This document shows positions 8,572-18,901 of a stretch of DNA of 64,000 bases, one piece after another. Source of the DNA: Nitrospirota bacterium. GTDB taxonomy: Bacteria; Nitrospirota; UBA9217. Location: the NCBI GenBank assembly GCA_020052615.1, contig JAGVOT010000128.1, positions 72,250 through 136,249 of the forward strand. Direction: 5' to 3'. The notes below the pieces were generated by a model, which searched no databases, was not told where the DNA came from, and saw nothing but the letters and a program-made list of their open reading frames with translations. Every line of letters begins with the position of its first letter. The stretch's first letter is position 1. A program made the position numbers and the translations under genes.

Positions 8572-9621
8572 TCATGAAACTCCAAGTCGCTGAAGAATAA
8601 ATCTAGCTATCTCCGCGGGTTGATGCTGTCGTGCATCGATGTACCCGTCAATGGAGAGAAGCCCCTCAATAGGAGCATCGTCAAACCGAACGAACATTAC
8701 TTGGTCATCCAGCTTCGCCTTGATCATGTCTCGGACGGATCGCCACTCAAGGCCACACCATTGTTTGTCGGCATACTCTCCAGAAAGGAATATGACAACA
8801 AGATCAGAGCGATTTCGGTAAATGTCTTGTAGTAAGAAGTCTAGGTTCGGGCGGGATAACTGGGCCTGATAGTCAAAGTCGTAGAAGATCGAGTCGGTTG
8901 GAAGCTTCGGCCTGAGTTCATCCACGACCGATGATACGTGAAGGCGCCTCTCTCCAGGGAATGACATTGCAACGCGAAATCTGAGATGCTTGATGTCTGC
9001 AGTGGACCGATCCACCTTTCCAAACGCTTTATCGCGGAGGAGATGCTCAAGAGCAAGGAGAGAGAGGGAAAAAGGATCTGGCTCGATCCGCGAGGATCGC
9101 TCACGTCCTGGATTCGTAAGAGAAAGACGATACAGAAGGTAGTTGAGCCAAATCGCGAGTGGGTTGTCGTTCGAGCATGCGGTTGGCTTTGAAGATGGTA
9201 CACGTAACTTTTCAGACTTCAAAATATCATCGACAACCTCTAGCCGCAGAGCGTGTGCCTCATTTTTGTCAAAAAGAGAACCGGCTCGTTGCGCCATGCG
9301 AACAAAGAGATCGCACCCCTCTCCTTCAAGGATTCCCATGCACGTCAGGTCCGCGCCGCGGATACCCCACTTCAGGTCGCTCGATTCAATGCTCTTCGCA
9401 AGGCTCATAGCATTATCTTCGCCTTCGATAGCTCCGTAATATTGCCAAAGCATAATTGCATGGTTTGGACTTGCGAAGGCACGATTGAAGCTGACCCCAC
9501 TTTGAGTTACGTAAAACAGCGAGAAGCTCAAGGGGTGGAACTTGGCTGATTCAACCTCAAATGCTTTAATGAGTCTGGCAATTTCGTCTGTCTTATAGGA
9601 AAACGCCACGCTCTCTCCCAT
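8572..9621 (-). CDS. TIR-domain protein with an uncharacterised ~220-aa N-terminal domain.
   Basis: C-terminal region SIFYDFDYQ...RSDLVVIFLSGEYADKQWCGLEWRSVRDMIKAK...VMFVRFDD matches TIR hallmarks (DxFISY-like start, S-x-x-Y-x-x-S-x-WC-x-x-E). Confidence 0.6.
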   Translation of the reverse strand: MGESVAFSYKTDEIARLIKAFEVESAKFHPLSFSLFYVTQSGVSFNRAFASPNHAIMLWQYYGAIEGEDNAMSLAKSIESSDLKWGIRGADLTCMGILEGEGCDLFVRMAQRAGSLFDKNEAHALRLEVVDDILKSEKLRVPSSKPTACSNDNPLAIWLNYLLYRLSLTNPGRERSSRIEPDPFSLSLLALEHLLRDKAFGKVDRSTADIKHLRFRVAMSFPGERRLHVSSVVDELRPKLPTDSIFYDFDYQAQLSRPNLDFLLQDIYRNRSDLVVIFLSGEYADKQWCGLEWRSVRDMIKAKLDDQVMFVRFDDAPIEGLLSIDGYIDARQHQPAEIARFILQRLGVS

Positions 9622-9786
9622 TTTTTACTTAGAAGTCTGACCGCGTGAGTGTACCGTCGTACATTTCAGCGGACGGACACGACCGCTGTTTGGATTTATG
9701 TCTTTTTTGTCGCATTTCAATGGCTGATGCCCTTTTATTCATGATTGTGTCGTTCTATCTATTATCTGTATCTCTCGAAAACGCGC

Positions 9787-10914
9787 TTACTCGTCATTTC
9801 TGTCGTATCTCTGGACGCCGTTGAGCGAGCTATCTTCATCGCAGACTATTCCCACACTGTGTCTCGCTCTGGTGACGGCAACATAGAACTTTGCCTTAAC
9901 AGTTTCAATTTGTGCTAAGTCGCCGCTCTTCAGATATTCCCTTATTTTCTCCGTCGGGTAGATAAGTACCGTCTTGAAAGTCAGCCCTTTGGAGGCCCCG
10001 TAATTGTAATCTGGTGATTTGGCGTTGTTATACCGCAATATTGTGGATTTGAATTTCTCCCGGTAGTGTTCGACGTCCGCCTCTTTGACAAGAAATACTC
10101 CTTGGTGATCGGGAATATCTCTTCTGCACTCCTCGCAGTCACATGGTTCGCATTGCGTATATTCTGGATAGAGCTTTGAGGAAAACTGACAGATTTGCTT
10201 GTTGTTCCTGTGGGATTTGTTCAGCGACTTCGTGTCTATGGGGCAGATGCCTTTCTGACACTTGTCCGATATGAACTTGCTTATTCCTCCACCGCGATAT
10301 TGCTTGTGCTTCGATGAATCATTTGTGGAATAGGTGCCTTGCCTCGGATCGCCTACCATGAGCACGTGTGCAGGAGATTTGAAGAACAGCTTTAGAAGTT
10401 CAAAATCCCATCCGGCTAAGTCCTGCACCTCGTCTATAAAGATATATGGATATATCCTGGTCAACCTATTGATAACCTCATTCCCAACTATCTTGTTGCA
10501 CTCATAAACGAATTTAGAAATCTTGTCCGAATATATCTTGAGATCCCTGGTGAAATAGAACTGGTTGAAACTATTTTCGCCCCAATATATAGGTCTGCCG
10601 CTCTTGTCACAATATCTCAAGCCCGACTTCCCTTCGATCAGATAGAATCCGATCTTCTCGGAAAACAAATCCCCCATGGCTCCCTGGTATGGTCTGACGC
10701 CGTGCTGCAACAAGAAGGAAAACCACGTTTGCACCGTGATGTTGCTAGGGATGCATTTCTTCTTTGCGAGTATTTTGTCTCTTATTTCCTTCTCGTTCGT
10801 TTCCGTGAAAGTGGTGATCAGAACATTAGCATCCTGGACAGTTAAAGCTTCTTCTACCAGAAGAGTCGTCTTGCCCGATCCGGCCGCGGAAATAATGAAG
10901 CTGTTTTCACCCAT
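9787..10914 (-). CDS. gajB: Gabija GajB, UvrD-like superfamily-1 helicase
   Basis: Walker A (ISAAGSGKTT). DEAD-like IFIDEVQDLAGWD. C-terminal KGLTFKTVLIY...YVAVTRAR. Lies immediately downstream of the OLD-family ATPase-TOPRIM gene. Confidence 0.75.
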   Translation of the reverse strand: MGENSFIISAAGSGKTTLLVEEALTVQDANVLITTFTETNEKEIRDKILAKKKCIPSNITVQTWFSFLLQHGVRPYQGAMGDLFSEKIGFYLIEGKSGLRYCDKSGRPIYWGENSFNQFYFTRDLKIYSDKISKFVYECNKIVGNEVINRLTRIYPYIFIDEVQDLAGWDFELLKLFFKSPAHVLMVGDPRQGTYSTNDSSKHKQYRGGGISKFISDKCQKGICPIDTKSLNKSHRNNKQICQFSSKLYPEYTQCEPCDCEECRRDIPDHQGVFLVKEADVEHYREKFKSTILRYNNAKSPDYNYGASKGLTFKTVLIYPTEKIREYLKSGDLAQIETVKAKFYVAVTRARHSVGIVCDEDSSLNGVQRYDRNDE

Positions 10915-10917
10915 AAT

Positions 10918-12606
10918 TTATCCGACGGCGTCAATGATATATTGAGGAAACTTTATGTCGGCATCCGTATCAAAAATTCTTAACGCGCACTCAGTTTTGT
11001 TGGCTTTCATGTATCTGTGCAAGTCGCCTTCGCTCTCATAGCTTGTCCCCAAGATAGCATTGAGCTTGGCCAGGCCGTTAGCTTTTACTAATTTCGGTTC
11101 GAGCGTATTGTAATTGAAAGGTCGCTTGTTTTTGCCAATCGTCAGATCGCCGGTATCTTCAGTCTCATCGCAGTAAATTTTGATGAAATCCTTCTCGTTG
11201 ACTCCCAGATAATTGGCATATTTCTCTTTTAAAGCTTCCACGTCCCCGTCATTGTCCGTGATGACGGTCACCGGTTTTGATATTTTTTCTGCTATTTCCA
11301 AGAAACGCAAAAAGGACGTTCCGACTGAAATGACATCAATCTCGTCCTGTATCGGCAACCTGCCACTGTGGGATAAGAGGTAGGCTTTCTGTATGACCAG
11401 CTCGTCAGAATCGCCCTCAACCAAGATGGCTTTTTTACACAGGATGAGCCGCAAGGTGTCAAAGCCCGCCAGCTTCTCAAAGTAGGCTTTCGTTTCTGGA
11501 TTCAGGTCGTTGAGTCGTGTTTCTTTTCTGAGGCCGGTCTCTTGATCGACGTTCAGCAGAATCAGACTGGCCAGCCCCAGTTTGTTGGCAACAAAGCTGT
11601 TATGTGTCGAGATGATTATCTGCTTTTCATCGTTACTGCCTTGTATATGCCTGATCAGCTGGCTAAGTTTGGTGTGAGACAGGTGATTTTCCGGCTCTTC
11701 TAAAAGCAAGACATTCGCTTGCAGTGACTTTTTGTGGCTCAGTGCCAGTTTCGTCTTTACGATGCATTGTTCGCCCTTGCCAACATGATGAAACGGCACA
11801 TCGTTTAAATATGTCGTCAGTGTACTTTCCCAAGCGTTCTTGGAAGACAAGTCTACTGACAACTCCACCTTCTTATCGGAAATATTTATCGCATCCTTGA
11901 TCAATTCGTTGACTTTCTTGATGGCGGGGTCGTTGTTGAAGGCATCCTTCATCTTTCTATGCGCCTGATCGATCTTTATCTTATTGGCCAAATCCAAATG
12001 GTCCTTAAGGATACGTGAAATATAGATATCGGAGCCGTCTTGGTAACGGTTGCTCGAGGAGTCTATCGGGGCTGACTTGATCGGTATCGAGATGGGCGTC
12101 ACTCTGTCGTCGCGAGCAAAGGATGACCATGTGAAATGATAATATTCCGTGGGTATTGATTGGATATCACCGCTCTTAATCAGTTCTTCATAATACGGCT
12201 GATGTGCTTCATCCAGAGATACCTTGAACTGGACGCCACAGGCTTTCTGCCTGGTTGAATTGCCGTTGCCTTCAAATAGCGCTTTCAAAGAATCGTCTTC
12301 TATGCCCCCGATAAATATTTCGATTAAAATGTGCGGTGGCAGCGGTATTGACCGGGAACAATCAGCCTGCCTGATGTTTTCCAAATATTCGTCCCTGACA
12401 TCATTATTGAAAATATCCTGAGTCATCTGTAACTTGAAATATCTGCCATGCAAGAGGCCGCTCAACGCCAGATGGATAGAGTCTAAGACGGTCGATTTTC
12501 CAGTTTCATTGTCGCCGACAAGAATATTGAGGCCTTTATTCAAAGTTAAAGAAAACTGCCCCTTGAAACATTTCAGATTTTCAATTATAACTTTTTCTAT
12601 GTGCAT
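10918..12606 (-). CDS. gajA: Gabija GajA, OLD-family ABC-ATPase plus TOPRIM endonuclease
   Basis: N-terminus VIIENLKCFKG...LNILVGDNETGKST (AAA_15/21 ATPase). ...LLLEEPENHLS...QIIISTHN (Walker B/D-loop). C-terminal TOPRIM (KKAILVEGDSDELV...VITDNDGD). Confidence 0.8.
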   Translation of the reverse strand: MHIEKVIIENLKCFKGQFSLTLNKGLNILVGDNETGKSTVLDSIHLALSGLLHGRYFKLQMTQDIFNNDVRDEYLENIRQADCSRSIPLPPHILIEIFIGGIEDDSLKALFEGNGNSTRQKACGVQFKVSLDEAHQPYYEELIKSGDIQSIPTEYYHFTWSSFARDDRVTPISIPIKSAPIDSSSNRYQDGSDIYISRILKDHLDLANKIKIDQAHRKMKDAFNNDPAIKKVNELIKDAINISDKKVELSVDLSSKNAWESTLTTYLNDVPFHHVGKGEQCIVKTKLALSHKKSLQANVLLLEEPENHLSHTKLSQLIRHIQGSNDEKQIIISTHNSFVANKLGLASLILLNVDQETGLRKETRLNDLNPETKAYFEKLAGFDTLRLILCKKAILVEGDSDELVIQKAYLLSHSGRLPIQDEIDVISVGTSFLRFLEIAEKISKPVTVITDNDGDVEALKEKYANYLGVNEKDFIKIYCDETEDTGDLTIGKNKRPFNYNTLEPKLVKANGLAKLNAILGTSYESEGDLHRYMKANKTECALRIFDTDADIKFPQYIIDAVG

Positions 12607-12825
12607 AGCCGTCGGTTTTTGGGTCTTTACCAGTTTAGCAAGGATGATATCAATAGAAAATATCTAAGCGTAATCCGCAAGCCAATTTGCTCCTTGTTGA
12701 ATCCAGGTTTCAGGAAGTACTCTCTAACTGAACGACTATATCATAAGATGTAGATTACACACAGTACTTTTCATCGGTCATAACAACAGTGAATTTCTCT
12801 ACTTTCCTTGGTCGAGCCTCTCCTT

Positions 12826-15800
12826 TTATAATGCAAGGATCATAAGTTTGCCATACTTCACCCAGTTGATCCCCACGCCCAGTACCTTCTTCCCCTTCAT
12901 CGCCCCTTCGATGGCTTCTTTATACGCTTCGAGCTGCCGGGCATAGTCCCCGAACTTCATATCGAGGTCGTCGGCTGTGTCGGTCTTGTGGTCGAGTATC
13001 CAGAGGCCTTGAGCCGTTTCCACCACGAGGTCAACAACGCCCGACACGACGCTTCCGTCTTTGTTAAGAGCCAGAATTGGTACCTCTCGCGCGTGTGATA
13101 CAGGCTCGAAGTGCTTTTCAAGGAACTTCCCTAGATCAGCAACGACCCCCTTGATACCCTGATATTCCGTTTCCGTAAACGCATATCCCGTAGCCTTTCC
13201 CAGCGGTTCGATGCCGAGATCCCGCTGCACCAGGACCTCGAAGCATCGGTGCAGGATGTTCCCGCGCTCGATCGGTTCCAGGTCCCCTTCCAGTTCCAAG
13301 CCCTTTCCGTAGGTTTGCGTGATAAGCCCCTTGACCTTCGTCGGCTCTTCGACATGAAGCGACGACGGCGTGATTGCCTCAGGCGTAAGATCAGATGGCA
13401 CTTTACCCGGTTTGATGGCCCGCCGGCCGATAACCGGCAGTTCATTCTTTAAGGCCGTTCCCGCGCCTTCGAAGCAGGAAGGCGGATCATCTGCCACGGT
13501 CATCACGCAGCAAGGGTATTTATTGCCGGCAATATTCAAGGCAGGCCCGTCGATGCAGAGGTCAGCCTCACTCTTCAATAGGTTCCAGTAAACGTTCGTA
13601 CCTGGCTTGTAGTAGTCATGGCATTCGAGTATAAGCTTCTCCCGCGCGCGCGTCAGCATGACATACAAGAGCCGTTTCGCATCCTCTTCGGCGCTCTCCT
13701 GGAGCGAGCTTAGCACTGCATCCGTTTTTTCCTTGAGCGGGAAAACAGGCGATATTTCGATCATCGCCTTTTCCAGGATTCGGCCTATATTGCGAAAATC
13801 CTGATAGGCCACGTCAAAACGCTGGAGCCGCGCTTTTACATCCGCATCAAGCCCGGCGACGACCACGACCGGCCACTCACGCCCCTTGGATGCATGCCAC
13901 GTCACAAGCTGGACAGCCTGCTCGTCCACCACGTTAGGCGCCGGCTGAGCGTCATCATCCTCGGCTGCAGCATTCAGCCATGCAAGAAAGGTCTTGATGC
14001 CGGACCCGTAGAAACGGCCGCTTGCAAGCGCTTCCCGGTTCGCCGCTTCGAACTCCCCGGCCATACCCTGCAGCCGCAGGAGATTGGCTCGCGCCTGCGC
14101 CGCGTCGGGCCACTGAGCAACTTTCCCGTACAGATCAAGAGCATTGATGACATCCCGCACCATGTCCGGGACAGTCATGTCCGAACGACCGTTAATGACC
14201 TTATCGAGCATCGATAGGACCGGACTGGACGGTTCCTTTTTGGAAAGAAGCTCCTTCAGCGCGTCCTCAAGGCCCTTGTCCCCAAGCTCCGTCACCATGA
14301 GATAGAGCGCGGCGTGACGGTCCGAGGGGTCGGCAACATACGAAAGTGCGTAATACATGAGCTGGACGGACCGTGATCCGAACCAACCGTCCTGCTCCAT
14401 GCGGGAACGGATCCCGAGCGTCTGGAGAGTGGAAGAATACTCTCCCAGGCGGTCATGCGTAAAGCACAGGACCGCAATATCGCTCGGCCTGAGTGGCCGG
14501 ACGATGCCCAGGTGCCGGTCATAGACCTTTTCCTTGCCGGACAGCAGCCTGGCTATCCTTGCTGCCGTATGCTGTGCGCGGATTGCCTTGTTCGCCTTCT
14601 TCGTGAATACGATCGCTTCAAGCGGCTCCATGGTGCTCGCATAGGCTGCCTTAGGCGCAAGCTCCGTGTAGTCCTTCTTGAACAGGCCTTTTCCGACCGC
14701 GTTTAGACACTTCATCAGGTCAGGCGTAGACCGCCGGTTCTCCTTGAGCGGTTCGCATGTCTCCGGGTTCTGGCACTGCAGCTCCTCCATCAGGCGGGGA
14801 TCTGCGTCTTGAAATCCCATAATTGCCTGCTTCAGGTCTCCCACGATAAGCGCGGGGACACCCGCCTTGTGCAGGGACCAGAGCAGAGCGAACTGGAGCG
14901 GATTGGTGTCCTGGAATTCGTCGATAACAAGACAGTCGACGCGGTCTTTCAGCATCTTCAGCACCCCGGGCATTGTGAGGACGATATCATGGGCCAAGGC
15001 AAGCATATCAAAGAAGTCGATGAGTCCCTTGTCCCGCTTGTCAGCTGCATACTGGGCCAGGGCGTCCTGGCTACCTCCCAAGAGGGCATCACTATGGTCG
15101 AGCGCGTCCTGGAGAGGTCCGGGGTGGTTCAGAATACCCTCAGCTGCCTCCATAACATCCTCGGCGAGCTCCTTATATCCCTCGGTCAACTTCCCGCTCT
15201 TTCCCGATGTGCGAAGTTTTCTCAGGGAAGTCCAGAGCCGCCAGTCGTAATCAAGAGCGTCGGAAGTGGCGGCTCGCTTCAGGTCGTCGAAATTCTTCCG
15301 CATGTCCTTTTCCGCAGTATCGTTCACCCCGGCAAAGACACTTGACAGGTTGGCGGGATGCTTTTTGAGCAAAGCCTTGACCGCGTCAAGCAGGGCTTTT
15401 TTGAGGTCTTCCGCGTTTCCTGTCGGTCCGTAGAGCTTCTTAATGTGCGCCCGTGCGTGTTCCAGGAGTTTCACATCTTCGGACACCTTGCTAATGGACC
15501 TGAGCTTTCCGATCATCTGCAGGATAGCGTCCCGGAAGAGCTGTTCAGGCGCTTTCCCGATGTGCGAAAGATACTTATATCCGAGGGAGGTCAGCTTTGC
15601 AGTGACCTCATCGGTGCGGTCCGTCCGGTTCAGCGCAAGCCTGATGAGAATGTTCTCTTCATCCTCGCTCAGTTTCCGCAGCTGCGGCGAGATCCCGGCG
15701 TCAAAAGCGAATTCCCTCAGGATGCGAAGTCCAAAACCATGGATCGTCGAGATATACGCCTGATCGAGCCTAAGCGCGTCATCGAGCCTGCCGAGCGACA

Positions 15801-15981
15801 CCAGCTGGCCCCGGATGCGCCCTTTGAGCTCCGCGGCGGCAGCTTCGGTGAAGGTGACTGCAACGATCCTGTCGGGCGCAACATCCCCGTCAACGATCCA
15901 TTGGGCAAGCTTTGTCTGGATCGTATGCGTTTTGCCGGAACCCGCTCCCGCGGGGATGATGGTCAGGCTGGGGATCTTCAT
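12826..15981 (-). CDS. addA: AddA/RecB-type ATP-dependent helicase with C-terminal PD-(D/E)XK nuclease
   Basis: Start chosen at MKIPSLTIIPAGAGSGKTH (GGAGG RBS; ATGA overlap with the upstream gene). UvrD-like motifs. C-terminal GVVDLVVE...ILDHKTD nuclease motif. GC-rich like the housekeeping side. Confidence 0.8.
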   Translation of the reverse strand: MKIPSLTIIPAGAGSGKTHTIQTKLAQWIVDGDVAPDRIVAVTFTEAAAAELKGRIRGQLVSLGRLDDALRLDQAYISTIHGFGLRILREFAFDAGISPQLRKLSEDEENILIRLALNRTDRTDEVTAKLTSLGYKYLSHIGKAPEQLFRDAILQMIGKLRSISKVSEDVKLLEHARAHIKKLYGPTGNAEDLKKALLDAVKALLKKHPANLSSVFAGVNDTAEKDMRKNFDDLKRAATSDALDYDWRLWTSLRKLRTSGKSGKLTEGYKELAEDVMEAAEGILNHPGPLQDALDHSDALLGGSQDALAQYAADKRDKGLIDFFDMLALAHDIVLTMPGVLKMLKDRVDCLVIDEFQDTNPLQFALLWSLHKAGVPALIVGDLKQAIMGFQDADPRLMEELQCQNPETCEPLKENRRSTPDLMKCLNAVGKGLFKKDYTELAPKAAYASTMEPLEAIVFTKKANKAIRAQHTAARIARLLSGKEKVYDRHLGIVRPLRPSDIAVLCFTHDRLGEYSSTLQTLGIRSRMEQDGWFGSRSVQLMYYALSYVADPSDRHAALYLMVTELGDKGLEDALKELLSKKEPSSPVLSMLDKVINGRSDMTVPDMVRDVINALDLYGKVAQWPDAAQARANLLRLQGMAGEFEAANREALASGRFYGSGIKTFLAWLNAAAEDDDAQPAPNVVDEQAVQLVTWHASKGREWPVVVVAGLDADVKARLQRFDVAYQDFRNIGRILEKAMIEISPVFPLKEKTDAVLSSLQESAEEDAKRLLYVMLTRAREKLILECHDYYKPGTNVYWNLLKSEADLCIDGPALNIAGNKYPCCVMTVADDPPSCFEGAGTALKNELPVIGRRAIKPGKVPSDLTPEAITPSSLHVEEPTKVKGLITQTYGKGLELEGDLEPIERGNILHRCFEVLVQRDLGIEPLGKATGYAFTETEYQGIKGVVADLGKFLEKHFEPVSHAREVPILALNKDGSVVSGVVDLVVETAQGLWILDHKTDTADDLDMKFGDYARQLEAYKEAIEGAMKGKKVLGVGINWVKYGKLMILAL

Positions 15982-18740
15982 TCCTCCGCCTCCCCTGCCG
16001 GCTCCGAGGCATGCATGAAGAGCCGAACGAGCGGGCTCGCATCCAACGCGTAGGTTGCAGTGATGCCCGTGTTCTCGGCATACCACTCTTCATCTACATC
16101 CTTGTTCAGAGGCACAAGGCCCTTCCGAAGGTCCCGGAACCGCGTGCTCAACAGGGCCAGGCCCTGGTCTGCGATCTGCCGGCCCATCTCGGTCACGTCC
16201 TGCTGCCCTGTCCCCAGCCAATCCTTGCTGTCGGTCAATACCTTGCGATCGTTCAGCAGGGCATAGAGAACGCCAATTTCGATCTTTTTCGCCAGCGCTT
16301 CGGCGAGCGCCTTGTTCGGGGAGGCCGTGTAGTCGCCGGTCTCGAGCATTTTCCGGTAAAGCGCCACCTGGCTCGCATACCCTTCCTGCATCATGGTCCG
16401 GAACTTGGCGCTTGATGATTTCTTGTAGTCCACGACAAACAGCTGACCGCCGGACACCTGCAGGAGAAGGTCGGTTTTGCCCGTGAGCGCGACGCCGTCA
16501 TACTGGCCGTTCAACTTCGCCTCGGCGCCCAGCATCTTTGCGCCGAACTGGATGAGCCGCTCCCGCCACCATAATGCGGCTTCGAGGATCTCCTGCTCGA
16601 GATGCCTCTTTTCGATAGACCACTCAGGCAGATCGAGGAACGGGGCCACTTCCCGAATGACGATCCCGAACTGTTTCGGCGTTTCCCTCCGTATCACGGC
16701 CGGCTTCGGAATGGCCTTAGTGTCGTTGAAGAAGTACTCCAGCATGCTGTGCGCTATTGTTCCCTTCAGGGCGACGTTAAGCTCCTCAGGTCCCCATTCC
16801 GATGGCACCAGCCCTGCCCTCGCGAGCAGCCATCCAAGAGGCGAGACCATGAGCCATTCAAGCATGCTCGGAGACTCCGGCCTGGGTTTACCCTCGTCGT
16901 CTACGCGAATCGTAGTGAGCAGATCCCGCCCAAGGTTGAGATCGGCAATGACCGTTTTCCACGGCTCACCGGCCGTTGCAGGTTTCGCAAGAGCCAGCCA
17001 GCGCGCCGCAGCCTTTCCCTCTTCCGTATCGAGCTCCAGGAGGAGATTTCCGGCTTCCAGCGCTTCCCTCCCTTTGGGCGGATTGTAGAGCTTGGCCATG
17101 AACGGGAGGGTATCCGAGGGATGGAGCTCATCCCCGACCATATCTCTGCGGGGAATAAGGAACGTTATCCCCTCGGTTGCGGACAAAAGCTGCCGTCTGA
17201 GTAGATTTCGTCGGGACAATACATCGTCAGCGCCGGACTCGACAGCATAACCAAGCTTTTCCTTGAGTAGGGTGAGGTCCGACTCGAAAAATACCGGCGA
17301 TGTTCCCGATCCAGCAGGGTACCTGCCGGATGAGAAGCCGAAAACGATAAGGTACTTCACCTGCCGCGAAGGTTCTTCGTCCTCGGCAAATGCCGCGACG
17401 CCTTCCCGGACAAGGACCTCGTCATCCTTTGTTGGAAATGACGACGGCGAGGAATGGGCAAGAAGCTTTTTCCAGGGGATCTCGCCTGCCTTGGGCAGCA
17501 TCATGGCAAGTTCGAGCAGAAGGTCCTGTGCTCTGCTCTGATGCTCCTCGAGCGCTTCGCTGCCATTCAGCAGGCCTCCAAAATCGCGTAAAGCCTGCGC
17601 CAGCTCGGCAGGCGTTGCCGGGTCCCGCTTCTTGATGAGGTCCGCCATGTTCCTGTCATCAGAGGATGCATCTTTCGGGAGCCAGGGATCGAAACGGCCG
17701 TTCATGACCTCATTGGCGAGGCCAATGCCTGTTTTAGCTTTCCAGGGCATGAGCGGATTGGAATAGAGCGCGGCAAGCGCCATAACGGGTGCAGGCCATC
17801 GACGGGTAAAAAGGAAATTGAGCACTGCTTCACGCCCGAGGTCGCGGACCTTCCGGCTTGAATCGAGCCCGGACACAGGAATGCCTGCAAAGGAAAAGGC
17901 GTCGTGAATAGCGTCGGCGTATGATTTATTAGACGGGACAAGCAGTCCGATCTCTGCCGGCTTCAGTTTCTGCTCTTTCATGATGGTTTGGACCATGCCC
18001 GCGGCGACCTCGGCCTCCTCGAGGCAGTCGCGTACAGCGAGCCACTGGACCGATTCATCAAGTTTCACCGACTCTGCGCCAGGCTTGAACAGGTTGTCCT
18101 GGATCGCGGCGAGGGCCTTGGGACGCTTCTTGGGAGGCGCGGGGGCAAGGGCCTGGCTAAGCAAGCCTTCGAGTTCTTTGTCTTTTGCCGGGGGGAAGTC
18201 CTTCTCGATCTTGTCGATAAGGGCCTTCTGCCAAGGAGAGAGGAGCGGCAGGCCTTCGACACGGTAAAGAACAATAGCCGACAAGACATCATCCTTGCCG
18301 GCATCAAGCACCGATCTGATCGCGGCAAGCCGGATTGGCAGAACACCTCCCATGTCCTCGTGCAGCTTTGCAAGGTCAGCAAGGTGCTTGCGGGCGCGTT
18401 CGGGCAAGACCTTCTTGGTGTCGGGAACTATCTTTCCCGCTGGTCCTACCCCATCGATCAGCATAGTAAGATTCGCCCCTATGCTCGCCAGCGTCTCGTC
18501 AGAAGCGACCTCCATGCTTTTCTCCCAGAAGGCCTCCTTCACGGATGCGGCTGTCTCAGAGAGCTTTTCGTTCCAGATATCTTCTGGATCGGGCAGGAGG
18601 TACGCCTTGAGTGCCTGTTCGATCAACTCTGTCCAGGTCCCGGCGATCACATTGATCCGCGAAGCCTTCTCCGCTATTATGCGTTTGACGAGGCGGGAGG
18701 AGGAGTGGTCGGGAGTGAGAAGGAAATGAATGGTGTTCAT
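15978..18740 (-). CDS. addB: AddB-like PD-(D/E)XK nuclease/inactivated-helicase subunit
   Basis: 920 aa. C-terminal ...GKTDLLLQVSGGQLFVVDYKKSS RecB-type nuclease motif. Translationally coupled to addA. Confidence 0.65.
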   Translation of the reverse strand: MNTIHFLLTPDHSSSRLVKRIIAEKASRINVIAGTWTELIEQALKAYLLPDPEDIWNEKLSETAASVKEAFWEKSMEVASDETLASIGANLTMLIDGVGPAGKIVPDTKKVLPERARKHLADLAKLHEDMGGVLPIRLAAIRSVLDAGKDDVLSAIVLYRVEGLPLLSPWQKALIDKIEKDFPPAKDKELEGLLSQALAPAPPKKRPKALAAIQDNLFKPGAESVKLDESVQWLAVRDCLEEAEVAAGMVQTIMKEQKLKPAEIGLLVPSNKSYADAIHDAFSFAGIPVSGLDSSRKVRDLGREAVLNFLFTRRWPAPVMALAALYSNPLMPWKAKTGIGLANEVMNGRFDPWLPKDASSDDRNMADLIKKRDPATPAELAQALRDFGGLLNGSEALEEHQSRAQDLLLELAMMLPKAGEIPWKKLLAHSSPSSFPTKDDEVLVREGVAAFAEDEEPSRQVKYLIVFGFSSGRYPAGSGTSPVFFESDLTLLKEKLGYAVESGADDVLSRRNLLRRQLLSATEGITFLIPRRDMVGDELHPSDTLPFMAKLYNPPKGREALEAGNLLLELDTEEGKAAARWLALAKPATAGEPWKTVIADLNLGRDLLTTIRVDDEGKPRPESPSMLEWLMVSPLGWLLARAGLVPSEWGPEELNVALKGTIAHSMLEYFFNDTKAIPKPAVIRRETPKQFGIVIREVAPFLDLPEWSIEKRHLEQEILEAALWWRERLIQFGAKMLGAEAKLNGQYDGVALTGKTDLLLQVSGGQLFVVDYKKSSSAKFRTMMQEGYASQVALYRKMLETGDYTASPNKALAEALAKKIEIGVLYALLNDRKVLTDSKDWLGTGQQDVTEMGRQIADQGLALLSTRFRDLRKGLVPLNKDVDEEWYAENTGITATYALDASPLVRLFMHASEPAGEAEE

Positions 18741-18901
18741 GATGGCCTTTCTTCGGCGTGGAGCGAAGACTCCATGCAGTTTTCCTCAGGGAGCTTCAAT
18801 TCGCTTCTCGTGAACATAAAGCCTTCTGTTTCGTCCATGATCAGAATATCACAGGAGGTTGACAGCAGTGTGTCGGCAAACGCATGATTGATCGTCGACC
18901 T

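Noticed and set aside
8259-8600. 113-aa plus-strand ORF between the 218-aa gene and the TIR gene
   Set aside because: It has no RBS or motifs and overlaps the TIR gene's 3' end on the opposite strand. It is likely non-coding intergenic sequence.
12826-18740. AddAB-like pair as a dedicated phage-defence helicase–nuclease system
   Set aside because: The GC content matches the core genome. The architecture (AddB-like nuclease then AddA-like helicase-nuclease, translationally coupled) is the standard recombinational-repair complex. The only defence link is location.
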